Assembly (NCBI GenBank): GCA_002773725.1
Contig: PFAH01000005.1
Location: forward strand, 17,456-81,455
Source of the DNA: Candidatus Colwellbacteria bacterium CG10_big_fil_rev_8_21_14_0_10_42_22
Lineage (GTDB): Bacteria; Patescibacteriota; Minisyncoccia; UBA6257; Colwellbacteraceae
Reading direction: 5' to 3'
DNA length: 64,000 nucleotides
Shown here: piece after piece, positions 47,856 to 58,233 of the stretch
Layout of the letters: every line of letters starts with the position of its first letter
How positions within the stretch are numbered: the first letter of the stretch is position 1
Made by a program: the position numbers and the translations under genes
Notes under the pieces: model-generated
Database searches by the model: none
What the model saw: only the letters and a program-made list of their open reading frames with translations
What the model was told of the DNA's origin: nothing

Positions 47856-48492
47856 TATCTCTCATGCCCGCCCTTCTTAGCGTCTTTAGTGCTTCATTAA
47901 TTGTTGCTCCAGTCGTATAGACATCATCTACTAATAATATCGATCCCTTAAGATCGAGTTTTCTATTCACCCTAAAGCAATTTGCAACGTTTTGTTCGCG
48001 CCCCTTGTTATTTTTTATCTCCGTCTGTCGTCGTGTGTTCTTAGGCCTAGAGAGCAGTTCTCCGGAAATAGGCAATTTTAGTTTTTTACTCAAAACTTTT
48101 GCTATCAATAAAGATTGATTAAAACCCCTTTTCCTAAGACGATTCTTGTGAAGGGGGATGGGAATCAGGATTGTTTGTTTTTGCAATTCATCACTAAAAA
48201 TATCTAAATAAACCTCTATAATCCTCTCTATCGTCGGCATCGCATTTTGATGTCCTCCGTATTTTAAGTGATGAATTAATTTTTGGAGAGGCCTAGATGT
48301 ATATGAGCCGACTGCATAAAATCTGTTGCCACCTGGCAGATGAAAGGCGTTTTTGAATATGAAAATGTCACCAAAACATTTCTCACAGAGCAGATTTTCT
48401 CTAGACAAAGAGTTTTCCAGATAAACCCCACATTCCAGACAGACAGACGGGAAAAGAATATCTAATAATTGTTCCCAAACTTTCACGGGCAT
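47824..48492 (-). CDS. comF: competence protein ComF
   Basis: LFP..C..C, IPLH..R...RGFNQS, LLVDDVYTTGAT. Confidence 0.92.
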   Translation of the reverse strand: MPVKVWEQLLDILFPSVCLECGVYLENSLSRENLLCEKCFGDIFIFKNAFHLPGGNRFYAVGSYTSRPLQKLIHHLKYGGHQNAMPTIERIIEVYLDIFSDELQKQTILIPIPLHKNRLRKRGFNQSLLIAKVLSKKLKLPISGELLSRPKNTRRQTEIKNNKGREQNVANCFRVNRKLDLKGSILLVDDVYTTGATINEALKTLRRAGMRDISVFVLAKAG

Positions 48493-48541
48493 AAATGCTC
48501 CTTATGCTACAATTCTACTAATAGAGTATAACTCGAAAAGA

Positions 48542-49621
48542 ATGTTTAACCTGTCCAAATTTATACCCGTTTCATCCCAAAACATATTGGGCATTGATAT
48601 AGGAACCGCCTCTATTAAGGCGGTTGAATTAACTAAGTCAAAGAAAGGTATTCGCCTTGTGAACTACGGCATTCTAGAAGCCAGTGGACATCTAGAGCGC
48701 ATCAACGATGCTCTCCAAACCAGTAATTTAGAGTTGATGGATAGCGAGACCGCCAGCACTCTAATTGCTCTTTTGAAAGGGATGAAGACCCAGACCAAGG
48801 ACGTAGCCCTATCTTTGCCCGCCTTCTCTGCTTTTACTTCTCTTTTAGAATTACCCGATATGAGCCCCGAAGAGACGACTCAAGCTATGAACTATCAAGC
48901 AAAAGCATTGGTGCCGATGCCCCTAGATCAAGTCACTATAGATTGGTTAAAAATTGGAAAATTCAAAAATCCCCATGGAAATTTTGTCCAAAAAGTTGTC
49001 CTTATAGCCGTGCCCACTAAGCAAATTCGCAAATACCAGCATATATGTCAGCAGGCAGGATTAAATCTTAAGGCGTTGGAGTTGGAAACGGTTTCAATGT
49101 CTAGGGCTCTTACAGAGGGAGACAGTTCCCTCACTTTAATTGTGGACATTGGAGCTCGCTCCAGCGCTTTTGCTATCGCCAAAAATGGATTCTTAATTCA
49201 TTCAGCTCAGGCAGATTTTGCCGGCACCTCTCTTACGCACGCCCTAGCCAAAGGTTTGGGCATCAACGTATCGAGAGCAGAAGATTTAAAAAGACAAAAA
49301 GGATTAATGGGCACAGGGGGTGAATATGAAGTATCCACTTTAATGCTTCCGTATCTGGATGTTATAATTAGTGAAGCCAAACGGGTGATTGAGACCCACG
49401 AAAGAACAGCCCAGGAGAAAGTTGGGCGTGTCGTGCTTTCGGGTGGTTCAGCCAACCTGTTGGGGATTGAAAAATACGTTAGCGAAAAACTAAAAATACC
49501 CGCGGTCAAAGCAGATCCGTTTGGCACTAAAGTAGGTTACCCCGAGATAGCGACGCCCGTTTTAAAAATTGTAGCCCCGTCTTTATCTGTGGCTATCGGA
49601 TTAGGGACAAGAATTATTTAA
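48542..49621 (+). CDS. pilM: type IV pilus assembly protein PilM
   Basis: GIDIGT.SIK.VEL, VDIGA, LSGG.A.L.G actin-like motifs. Confidence 0.92.
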   Translation: MFNLSKFIPVSSQNILGIDIGTASIKAVELTKSKKGIRLVNYGILEASGHLERINDALQTSNLELMDSETASTLIALLKGMKTQTKDVALSLPAFSAFTSLLELPDMSPEETTQAMNYQAKALVPMPLDQVTIDWLKIGKFKNPHGNFVQKVVLIAVPTKQIRKYQHICQQAGLNLKALELETVSMSRALTEGDSSLTLIVDIGARSSAFAIAKNGFLIHSAQADFAGTSLTHALAKGLGINVSRAEDLKRQKGLMGTGGEYEVSTLMLPYLDVIISEAKRVIETHERTAQEKVGRVVLSGGSANLLGIEKYVSEKLKIPAVKADPFGTKVGYPEIATPVLKIVAPSLSVAIGLGTRII

Positions 49622-49636
49622 CATAAAGAATATATA

Positions 49637-50203
49637 ATGCCCTCACAAATTCCACAGCTCACCCAAAACATTCAAGATCAGTTTTCTAATGCTAGAAGCT
49701 CTGTCGGGTGGCCGAAACAGCTTTTTACATTTGCCTTAGTCATCTTGGTGTCCATTCTTTTTATCTATGCAGGATTAGCTTTTGGGTATAAGGCGTTTTT
49801 GAACAATGAAATAGAAAAGGCGGATAGCGCTCTTCAGGAATTAAGCTCTAGAGTTACAGAAGAAGAGAAAGAAAGCTTAGCTGTTTTGAATTCTCAACTG
49901 ACCAATATTCGCACCCTCCTTCGTGAACATACATTTACATCACAGGGGTTTGCCCTATTGGAATCATTGACTCATCCCAACATTTCTTACACGGAGATGG
50001 ATCTGGTTATGGAAGATGGCAAGATATCTCTCGGGGGCATAGCCAATTCATACGATGACTTAGTGGCCCAGCTTACAATTTTAGAAGAATCACAATACGT
50101 TATCAGCTACAACCTAGAGGACTCTCAATGGAACAACGGTGTTATTCAATTTAACTTAGATATGTTTGTAACGGATAAGGTCTTTGAATTAATCAATACC
50201 TAA
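49637..50203 (+). CDS. PilN-like protein
   Basis: TM, coiled coil and a G.A.SY..L domain; follows pilM. Confidence 0.7.
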   Translation: MPSQIPQLTQNIQDQFSNARSSVGWPKQLFTFALVILVSILFIYAGLAFGYKAFLNNEIEKADSALQELSSRVTEEEKESLAVLNSQLTNIRTLLREHTFTSQGFALLESLTHPNISYTEMDLVMEDGKISLGGIANSYDDLVAQLTILEESQYVISYNLEDSQWNNGVIQFNLDMFVTDKVFELINT

Positions 50204-50207
50204 GAAA

Positions 50208-50771
50208 ATGAAACCGGCAGCCCAAAGATTATTAGGAATCCTAACCAGCTTTTTACTTTTTGTAGCAACTCTAGTGATCTACTCATCCCTACTATTACCC
50301 GAGTATCAAGACATTCAAGAACTGCGTGGCACCCTTAAGTCCACCAAAGCCGTTTTTAATCAAGAAGAAGTGGCAGTGGCTGGTGTTGAAGGACTCCTAG
50401 AGCGTTACGACAGCATATCAGAGATAAGAAAAACGGTTGATTTAAGATTGCCTGGAGAAGAAAATCAAGCGTCAGCTATCAACCAAATTAGGGGAGCGGT
50501 TATATCCAGCGATATGCTTTTGAATTCATTGTCCGTAAGACCTTTGGCCATAGAAGTTAGTGAAAGTCCTTCGCCCGGCGTGGTAAGGCCTATTGGCTCA
50601 ATGAGAGTTTTGGTTGATATAACTGGTGATTATCAATCTTTGAAAACCTTCCTAGAGTCCATCGAAACCAACGTTAGATTTATGGAGGTTCATTCTCTCC
50701 GACTGCAAGAGGGAAGCACCAGCGGACCTTACAACTACCAACTTGAAATAGATACATTCTATCAATTTTAA
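50208..50771 (+). CDS. pilO: type IV pilus assembly protein PilO
   Basis: TM, LP.E, G.Y..LK.FL..IE.N.R. Confidence 0.78.
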   Translation: MKPAAQRLLGILTSFLLFVATLVIYSSLLLPEYQDIQELRGTLKSTKAVFNQEEVAVAGVEGLLERYDSISEIRKTVDLRLPGEENQASAINQIRGAVISSDMLLNSLSVRPLAIEVSESPSPGVVRPIGSMRVLVDITGDYQSLKTFLESIETNVRFMEVHSLRLQEGSTSGPYNYQLEIDTFYQF

Positions 50772-50773
50772 AA

Positions 50774-51064
50774 ATGGCATTTTCATTCAACGACAATTCA
50801 AACAACAAAAACTTAATGGGTACCATTGGCGTGGTGATTATTATCTTACTTTTGGCCTTGGGCGCATACCTCCTCTTTTTTGCCGAAGAGCCATTTGTGG
50901 AAGTTCTTGCGCCATCTGAACTAGAGTCAGTTAGCGAACTATCTGAAATTGAGTTAGATGAGGGTCCACTTAAAGACAACCCAGTTTACCAAGTACTAAC
51001 AAACACAATTGAAGACATAGATCCAGGAGAACCGGGCAGAGATAATCCGTTCTCTCCGTTTTAA
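50774..51064 (+). CDS. small membrane protein, PilP-like position
   Basis: TM and C-terminal GRDNPF motif. Confidence 0.6.
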   Translation: MAFSFNDNSNNKNLMGTIGVVIIILLLALGAYLLFFAEEPFVEVLAPSELESVSELSEIELDEGPLKDNPVYQVLTNTIEDIDPGEPGRDNPFSPF

Positions 51065-51075
51065 ACAATACAGTT

Positions 51076-52815
51076 ATGGATGGCAACACCCTACTGAACG
51101 GCTTAACAGCAAAGGGTCTCTTAACACCCCAGAACAGCCAAAAACTTTTGGGCGAATCCTCTCAACTCGGCAAATCTGTTGAGGATTTGATTATAGACAG
51201 GCGTCTTGTTGATGATGTTGAGCTTGCCAAGGTTAAGAGCGAAATTATTGGCATTCCCTATACTAGTGTTGATGTGAAGACAATTACCCAAGACGTTTTA
51301 TCTCTAGTTCCAGAAAACACTGCTAAAACCTATGGAGTAGCGCCATTGAAACTTGATGGCAGAATGTTGGTCGTTGGTATGACGAGCCCACAAGACGCTA
51401 AAGCTCAAGAGGCGCTTCGTTTTGTCGCCAAGCAGAACCAAGTAAGCTTAGGAGTATATTTGATTTCCCACACAGATCTTGAGGCGGTTCTTAGAAGGTA
51501 TACCCCATACGAATCTGAAGTAGAACAGGCGGTTGCGTCTTTGCAACAAGATTCTAATAAAGCCATTGCCGCAGCTAAGGTGAAGCGTTCTTCAATTGAT
51601 GAAGGGGAGGAAATTGAACAAGAGGCGCCTATTATCAAAATTGTTGCCTCTACTCTCAAGTCCGCTGTTGAGCAGGGAGCATCTGATATTCACATCGAAC
51701 CACTAAAAGATAAATTACGCATCCGTTTTCGATTGGACGGTGATTTAAAAGAGGTTTCCAGTTTTCCGCTTAATATTCATGATGCGGTTGTATCTAGAGT
51801 CAAAGTTTTAACCGGTCTAAAGATAGATGAAGCTAGAGTGCCTCAAGATGGTAGATTTAGAGATACTATTTTTAATAAGGACATCGATTTTAGAGTAGCC
51901 ACCTTTCCAACCCCTCTCGGTGAAAAAGTTGCCATTAGAGTACTTGACCCAACCGTTGGCCTTAAAAATATTGAGAATCTTGGCTTAGTTGGCAAAAATG
52001 CAAAGATGGTTGAAAAGGCAATTGTTAGCCCCTACGGTATGGTTTTAGTAACCGGACCAACTGGTTCTGGAAAGACCACCACCCTCTATTCCATTTTACA
52101 GATGTTAAACAAAGAGGATGTAAATATTCTAAGTTTAGAAGATCCAGTAGAGTATTTTGTAAGTGGTGTTAACCAATCGCAAGTAAAGCCAGAAATTGGC
52201 TATACGTTTGCTTCGGGTTTAAGACAAATTCTAAGACAGGACCCGGACGTAATTATGGTGGGTGAAATACGCGATAACGAAACGGCGGAGCTAGCAATCC
52301 ACGCTGCTCTTACTGGTCATGTGGTACTCTCGACTTTACACGCCAACAACGCAGTCGGTGTTATCCCGCGTCTTATTGATATGGGAGTAGAGCCCTTCTT
52401 GGTGCCGGCAGCCCTCAACATCATGGTTTCCCAAAGGTTGGTTAGAAGAATTAATCCTAAATGTAGAGAAATGGTCGAGGCGCCACCCGAAGTACAAGAG
52501 ATTATCAAAAAAGAGCTTGAGAAACTCCCCGAAGTTATTAAACCATCTGTGGCAAAGTTTCAGCCACCCTACAAGATATACAGACCCAAAAAAGATTGTA
52601 CCGAGAAAGCGTTTAGTGGACGCATTGCTCTTTTTGAAGTTTTTGAAATGACGCGTGAATTAGAGGCGATTGTTAATGCCGACCCAACGGAAGGCAAAAT
52701 TTACGATGAAGCTAAGCGCCAAGGTATTGTATCTTTACGCCAAGACGGAATCATTAAAGCTCTCGAAGGCCTTATTAGCATGGAAGATGTTTTAAGAGAG
52801 ACGAGAGAGTCGTGA
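51076..52815 (+). CDS. pilB: type IV pilus assembly ATPase PilB/GspE
   Basis: ASDIHIEP, PQDGR, GPTGSGKTTTLY, EDPVEY, RQDPD.IMVGEIRD. Confidence 0.93.
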   Translation: MDGNTLLNGLTAKGLLTPQNSQKLLGESSQLGKSVEDLIIDRRLVDDVELAKVKSEIIGIPYTSVDVKTITQDVLSLVPENTAKTYGVAPLKLDGRMLVVGMTSPQDAKAQEALRFVAKQNQVSLGVYLISHTDLEAVLRRYTPYESEVEQAVASLQQDSNKAIAAAKVKRSSIDEGEEIEQEAPIIKIVASTLKSAVEQGASDIHIEPLKDKLRIRFRLDGDLKEVSSFPLNIHDAVVSRVKVLTGLKIDEARVPQDGRFRDTIFNKDIDFRVATFPTPLGEKVAIRVLDPTVGLKNIENLGLVGKNAKMVEKAIVSPYGMVLVTGPTGSGKTTTLYSILQMLNKEDVNILSLEDPVEYFVSGVNQSQVKPEIGYTFASGLRQILRQDPDVIMVGEIRDNETAELAIHAALTGHVVLSTLHANNAVGVIPRLIDMGVEPFLVPAALNIMVSQRLVRRINPKCREMVEAPPEVQEIIKKELEKLPEVIKPSVAKFQPPYKIYRPKKDCTEKAFSGRIALFEVFEMTRELEAIVNADPTEGKIYDEAKRQGIVSLRQDGIIKALEGLISMEDVLRETRES

Positions 52816-52832
52816 TATAATAACTTTGTAAA

Positions 52833-53903
52833 ATGGATTACAAGCAAAAACTCAACGAACTTCTTTTAAATACTGCTAAGCAAGGCGCATCTGACCTACA
52901 TATCGCGGTTGGCAGAAAACCAATGTTACGTATCGATGGTAGATTGGTAGATATTGCCAGCGAACCTATTTTGACTCCGGAGATGACTCAAGGTCTGACG
53001 CTTGCAATGCTGACAGACAAGCAGAAAGAGAAGCTTCTCCAACAGGGCGATTTGGACTTTTCATACAATTTTGAAGATAAAGCCAGGTTCAGGATTAATT
53101 CTTTCTTCCAAAAAGGATTTATGGCGTCAGCTCTACGCCTCATTCCGGCTGAAGTTAAAAACATTGACGACCTTGGACTTCCAAGCATCTTACACGAATT
53201 CACCAAACTCAATCAGGGCTTTTTCCTATGTGTAGGTCCTGCTGGACATGGTAAGTCAACCACTCTAGCGGCCATGCTAGACGAGATTAACCACTCCCGC
53301 ATGGATCACATCATCACTATTGAAGATCCAATTGAATACCTCTTTGTTCAAGATAGGGCTGTTTTTTCTCAAAGAGAAGTTGGGGCCGACACACCTAGTT
53401 TTCACCAAGGACTCAAATCTATTTTACGTCAGGACCCAGACGTTATCATGATTGGTGAAATGAGAGATGCAGAATCAATTTCCACTGCCATGACGGCTGC
53501 TGAGACGGGACATCTTGTTTTTTCCACGCTTCACACCAATTCCGCTTCCCAAACTATAGACAGAATTATTGATTCTTTCCCCGCTAATCAACAGGGGCAA
53601 ATCACTTCCCAACTATCTGCCACCTTAGTCGGCATCTTATCTCAACGTCTAGTGCCTAAAATCGATGGCGGAAGAGTACCAGCGGTTGAGGTAATGTTTG
53701 TAAACTCCGCAGTCAGGAATTTGATTCGTGAAAAAAAGGCATATCAGATAGATTTGGTAATTGAGACCAGCCTTCAGCAGGGAATGATGACCCTAAATAG
53801 ATCTTTGGCTCAGTTGGTTAAGGAAAAACAGGTCTCCCTTGAAGAAGCAGAACTCTATTCTCTTAATCCTTCAGAGCTAAGGATTCTCCTAGAGAAGATG
53901 TAA
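52833..53903 (+). CDS. pilT: type IV pilus retraction ATPase PilT
   Basis: ASDLH, GP.G.GKSTTLA, TIEDPIE, AAETGHLV..TLHT, AVRNLIRE. Confidence 0.95.
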   Translation: MDYKQKLNELLLNTAKQGASDLHIAVGRKPMLRIDGRLVDIASEPILTPEMTQGLTLAMLTDKQKEKLLQQGDLDFSYNFEDKARFRINSFFQKGFMASALRLIPAEVKNIDDLGLPSILHEFTKLNQGFFLCVGPAGHGKSTTLAAMLDEINHSRMDHIITIEDPIEYLFVQDRAVFSQREVGADTPSFHQGLKSILRQDPDVIMIGEMRDAESISTAMTAAETGHLVFSTLHTNSASQTIDRIIDSFPANQQGQITSQLSATLVGILSQRLVPKIDGGRVPAVEVMFVNSAVRNLIREKKAYQIDLVIETSLQQGMMTLNRSLAQLVKEKQVSLEEAELYSLNPSELRILLEKM

Positions 53904-54044
53904 ATGAGCATCGAAATTAATAATTTTGCTATACGAATTCATTCCGCCCCCTATATCTATGGGTCTCTTTGGGAAGTTTGGTCGAGGGGTTTAGGGGGTT
54001 GGGATGCTCAATGTTATAGTTAAATCAACGACTTAAATAGCAAA

Positions 54045-55256
54045 ATGGCAAAGTTCAAGTACAAAGCTAGAAGCAAAACGGGTGAACTGCAAGTCGGATT
54101 CGTTGAGGGACCCGATCGTGAGACCGCCACTAATGTGCTTTTAACACATGGGCTTTTTGTGCTAAGTATCGAAGATGCTAGTCAAAAACAGTGGTATGAC
54201 AGAATCTTAGGTTTTTTCAACCGGGTTAAGCCCAAGGACATAATGATTTTCAGTCGTCAGTTTGCCACTCTTTTATCGGCCAAAGTACCCCTTAACAGCG
54301 CCCTTAGAACAGTTCATGGGCAAACGCAAAACTCTGCTCTAAGAGAGGTCTTGATAGAAATTTCAAACGATGTGGATGCTGGCCTTTCATTGTCTCAAGC
54401 CATGGAGAAACACTCGGACGTTTTTTCTCTTTTCTACGTCAATATGATTCGTTCGGCCGAGGTGACTGGAAAAGTAGAGGAGGCAACTGCCTATCTAGCT
54501 GATTATGTTGAAAAGCAGTCCGCTCTAGTTTCGAAAGTAAAAGGAGCCCTAATGTACCCCATTATCATGGTTGTCTTATTCATTGTTGTCGGAGGTGTCA
54601 TCACAACCGTTGTCTTGCCTCAAGTTGGTCCCATCTTTGAAGAGGCGGGCGTTGAGATACCATTCTTTACACAACTTCTTATGAATGCTGGAGAGTTTTT
54701 GGGTAACTGGTGGTGGATGGTGGTTTTTGGCATCGGTTTCATCGTATTTGTTCTCATTGATTATTTCAGAACTTCCGAAGGTAAGGTTGTGATAGATGAG
54801 GCAATTTTGAGAATGCCGGGCGTATCAACTCTTATCAAACAGCTTCAGGTAGCGCGTTTTTCCGAATCATTAGCCGTTCTTTTAAGGGGAGCTATCCCCA
54901 TTGCCCAAGCGGTAGAGATTACTGGGCAGACCATAGGTAGTGCCGCCTATGCTGATGTACTCAACGAATCGGCAGAAGATATTAGAAGAGGGGAGCTCTT
55001 ATCTCAATCACTTAATAAACATCCCGATTTTTTTCCACCCTTCGTTGGTCAGATGATAACTATCGGCGAAAAGACCGGACGTTTGGAAGAACTTTTACAA
55101 AGGATTGCCAGTTTCTATGAGAGAGAAGTGGACACCATGGTTGGCAACTTAGTCGAGCTCATTCAGCCAATTCTGATGATTGTCATCGGTCTTTTGGTTG
55201 GAGGGCTTTTCGCGTCTATACTTGTTCCTATCTATAACTTAGTCCAAACGTTTTAA
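54045..55256 (+). CDS. pilC: type IV pilus platform protein PilC (T2SS F family)
   Basis: FSRQ.ATLL.A, AL.YP, GE.TG.L, QP..M. Confidence 0.93.
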   Translation: MAKFKYKARSKTGELQVGFVEGPDRETATNVLLTHGLFVLSIEDASQKQWYDRILGFFNRVKPKDIMIFSRQFATLLSAKVPLNSALRTVHGQTQNSALREVLIEISNDVDAGLSLSQAMEKHSDVFSLFYVNMIRSAEVTGKVEEATAYLADYVEKQSALVSKVKGALMYPIIMVVLFIVVGGVITTVVLPQVGPIFEEAGVEIPFFTQLLMNAGEFLGNWWWMVVFGIGFIVFVLIDYFRTSEGKVVIDEAILRMPGVSTLIKQLQVARFSESLAVLLRGAIPIAQAVEITGQTIGSAAYADVLNESAEDIRRGELLSQSLNKHPDFFPPFVGQMITIGEKTGRLEELLQRIASFYEREVDTMVGNLVELIQPILMIVIGLLVGGLFASILVPIYNLVQTF

Positions 55257-55275
55257 TTTGATATAATAAAAAACA

Positions 55276-55716
55276 ATGAAGTCCAATAGGGGATTTACCT
55301 TAATTGAAATGCTCATCGTAATCGCAATCATTGCGATTCTTTCCGGTATTGTTTTGGTTGGAGTGACAGGTTTTCAGGCAAGCGCTAGAGACACCCAAGC
55401 CGTAGCTGATTTAAGATTCACCCAAAATTTAATCGAACTCTATTACACTAGAAATGGCTCATATCCAAGCGCCACCACTTGGTCCGGTTTAATAGGCGGG
55501 CTTACTGGGATACCCGGCGTTAATAAATTGCCTACAACAAGTAACTTTCGTTATACATCTTGTAGTTTTGATCAGGGATATTTATTGGCAGTTACGTTAG
55601 AGGGGGGTAATTCAGCTTCTAAGAACGATTATGCCGATGGTGAAGATCCCAGTATTTGTGAAGATTGGAGCACTAATGGGTGTGATGACGAAACGGTGTT
55701 TTGCTTAGAGCCCTAA
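55276..55716 (+). CDS. type IV pilin (probable major pilin)
   Basis: RGFTLIEMLIVIAIIAIL; ARD...DL; Y...G.YP; C-terminal Cys residues. Confidence 0.9.
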   Translation: MKSNRGFTLIEMLIVIAIIAILSGIVLVGVTGFQASARDTQAVADLRFTQNLIELYYTRNGSYPSATTWSGLIGGLTGIPGVNKLPTTSNFRYTSCSFDQGYLLAVTLEGGNSASKNDYADGEDPSICEDWSTNGCDDETVFCLEP

Positions 55717-56570
55717 TTGTGAGCGTATTTAGTGCTATAGCTGTATTTTTCTTTGGAACTGCTATTGGCAGTTTTTTGAATGTGCTCGCCTCTAGATATT
55801 CTGAAAAAACGGGATTTAAGAAAGCTTTTAAGGGTAGGTCAAAATGTGACCAATGTAAAAAAACGCTCCGTTGGTACGAACTTGTGCCCATCTTGAGCTA
55901 TTTATTTTTGTTGGGTAAATGTCGGTCGTGTAAGAAGCCCATCCCTTGGCAATACACACTTGTAGAATTACTAGCCGGATTTTTAGCACTCGGTGTTTTT
56001 ATTAAGCTTGGAGCGGCGCCCTTGGCTCTTATATGGACCACTGTCTTATGGGCGCTTCTTTTGATGTCGGTTATTGATATACGTCTCAAGATTATTCCCG
56101 ACACACTTGTGGTTCTTATATTGATATTAAGTGTGGGCAAGCTTATATACCAAGATATCGCCAACCTGAATACATATATTCAAACTCAAAAAGGAGTAGA
56201 TCTACTGGGTCATTATTCCATACTAGCTACCAGCCAAAATGCACTTATTAATTATGTCATTGCCATATTGGTTGGCATTGCTCTTTTTGGCGGAATCTAT
56301 TATTTCAGTCGGGGCAAAGCTATGGGTCTTGGAGATGTTAAGTTAGTTGGAGCTTTGGGTTTTTTGATTGCTTGGCCAGACATTATAGTGGCGCTAATTA
56401 TGCCCTTCTTGATAGGGAGCGCCGTAGGGGTGCCGTTGATACTTTCTAAGAAACTTAAGTTCAAATCAAGCATTCCCTTTGGTCCATATATAGCCATAGG
56501 GGTTATTTTAACCTTCTTTTTCGGCTACAATATAGTTAATGCTTACTTCGAAGTTTTTAACTTCATCTAG
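55701..56570 (+). CDS. pilD: prepilin peptidase (start may be GTG 55719)
   Basis: GSFLNV, RS.C..C...L.WYEL.P..S...L.G.CR.C, D, MG.GD.KL, IPFGP. Confidence 0.92.
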   Translation: MLRALIVSVFSAIAVFFFGTAIGSFLNVLASRYSEKTGFKKAFKGRSKCDQCKKTLRWYELVPILSYLFLLGKCRSCKKPIPWQYTLVELLAGFLALGVFIKLGAAPLALIWTTVLWALLLMSVIDIRLKIIPDTLVVLILILSVGKLIYQDIANLNTYIQTQKGVDLLGHYSILATSQNALINYVIAILVGIALFGGIYYFSRGKAMGLGDVKLVGALGFLIAWPDIIVALIMPFLIGSAVGVPLILSKKLKFKSSIPFGPYIAIGVILTFFFGYNIVNAYFEVFNFI

Positions 56571-57192
56571 AAAAAAATCTCGTCATCAAGGAGGATTTAC
56601 GCTCATAGAAGTAGCGGTAGTTATAGGCGTTGTCGCAATCTTATCATCTGCTCTTTTAGCATATAGTCGGCAGAACAACCGACAAATCCAGCTTATAAGT
56701 TCAGCTATTCGACTAGAGAATATAATATCCAGAGCTCAATTTTTGAGTTTACAATCTTACTTTGGAAGCGAATCCGTTTGTGCCCAAGGTGTCCGCATAG
56801 ATGGCCCTAATCAAGAAGTATTTATATATGAAGTCGGCGAAAGACAGGGGATAGACGGATGTTTAAATGGCACGGATAGAGAGATTGTAAAAAACAGATT
56901 ACTTTTTGAGAAATATACATATGTCAAAAACAACGATAACAGATTGGAGGGTGGCACCAATACACTATCCTTCAAAAGCGGAGAAATTGAGTTAAAGCCA
57001 TCAGATGACGTAGTAGATATTGTTTTTGTTCCGCCCCTTCCAGTTGTTGTAATTAATGGAGATGTATCTAGTGCTCCTGTTGAGGTGGGGGTTTCAGCAA
57101 CGTTTCAAGACGGCGATGGAGAAACCGAATGGGATATCCCGCTCACAATTAATAAAGAGGGTAAAATAGATGTCAATCTTAGAGGGAAATAA
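56539..57192 (+). CDS. minor pilin (FimT/GspH-like)
   Basis: GGFTLIEVAVVIGVVAIL. Confidence 0.85.
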   Translation: MLTSKFLTSSRKKSRHQGGFTLIEVAVVIGVVAILSSALLAYSRQNNRQIQLISSAIRLENIISRAQFLSLQSYFGSESVCAQGVRIDGPNQEVFIYEVGERQGIDGCLNGTDREIVKNRLLFEKYTYVKNNDNRLEGGTNTLSFKSGEIELKPSDDVVDIVFVPPLPVVVINGDVSSAPVEVGVSATFQDGDGETEWDIPLTINKEGKIDVNLRGK

Positions 57193-57712
57193 ATCAGGGC
57201 AGTTAATGGTGGAAGCGATGGTAGCTATCAGCTTGCTTTCTATTGGCATGCTGGGTACATTCGGCGTTTTATCTCAATCACTGGGCATCAGTCGCATAGC
57301 AGCCGATCAATATGTAGCAGCCAATCTGGCATCCGAAGGCATCGAGATAGTCAAAAACGAAATTGATGCCGAATATACAACTAGTGGGACTTTTGCGACT
57401 AACATATTTTCAAAAAATAATAAATTTTGCCCCGTTGATTACAAATCAGGTATTCAGAGTGGATGTAGAAACGCAGAGCCCACTAATCTAAAAAGTAATA
57501 ACATAGATCAGTTTCGTGTAAAGCAAGATGGATATGGTGTATACGGTTCAACGGGTGATCCAACGAGTTTTGTAAGATATGTCCATATAGAATGGATAGA
57601 GCCACACATAATAGAGGTTAAATCAACCGTTAAATGGATTGGTCGTGGCGGATTGGATTTTGATATAGAGGTTGCAGATAAGTTTTATAACTGGAGATCT
57701 CTCCCAGAATAG
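57170..57712 (+). CDS. minor pilin (PilV-like)
   Basis: SGQLMVEAMVAI; A.NLA.EGIE.VKN. Confidence 0.8.
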   Translation: MSILEGNKSGQLMVEAMVAISLLSIGMLGTFGVLSQSLGISRIAADQYVAANLASEGIEIVKNEIDAEYTTSGTFATNIFSKNNKFCPVDYKSGIQSGCRNAEPTNLKSNNIDQFRVKQDGYGVYGSTGDPTSFVRYVHIEWIEPHIIEVKSTVKWIGRGGLDFDIEVADKFYNWRSLPE

Positions 57713-57717
57713 AAGTT

Positions 57718-58233
57718 ATGTTAAAAGAAGGAGAAAATAAGAGATTTATCCCCACACCCAAGCGTAGGCGTGATGGATTCACAATTATGGAACTTTTGGT
57801 TGCTATGACTGTTTTCTTGGTGGTGGTTAGTATAGCTAGCGGTGTTTTTATGCAGGCACTTAGAACTCAAAGGAACATCACTAATCTTAGCGAATCCTTA
57901 AACAACATTAGTTTAGCGCTTGAAAGAATGTCTAGAGAGATGAGGTTTGCTTTTGGGTTTCCCCAGACGATTGATAGTAATCAGATAACATTCATCAACG
58001 CATCTGGTAGAACCGTCACCTACAAATTAAATGGTAAAGTTATTGAAAGACATCTCCTAGGCGAAGGGGCAGAAGCTATTACAGCCGAAGATGTCTATGT
58101 TTCAAACCTAAGATTTATCAGAAATGGTGGGACTAAGTCCCCAAGAATCACAATTGTCGCAGAGGTCACTGCCAATGATTCGCCCATTCAACTGCAAACT
58201 ACAATTAGCTCAAGAATATTAACGGACCAATGA
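57718..58233 (+). CDS. minor pilin (PilW/GspJ-like)
   Basis: GFTIMELLVAM; LE.MSRE.R; QTTIS.R. Confidence 0.85.
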   Translation: MLKEGENKRFIPTPKRRRDGFTIMELLVAMTVFLVVVSIASGVFMQALRTQRNITNLSESLNNISLALERMSREMRFAFGFPQTIDSNQITFINASGRTVTYKLNGKVIERHLLGEGAEAITAEDVYVSNLRFIRNGGTKSPRITIVAEVTANDSPIQLQTTISSRILTDQ

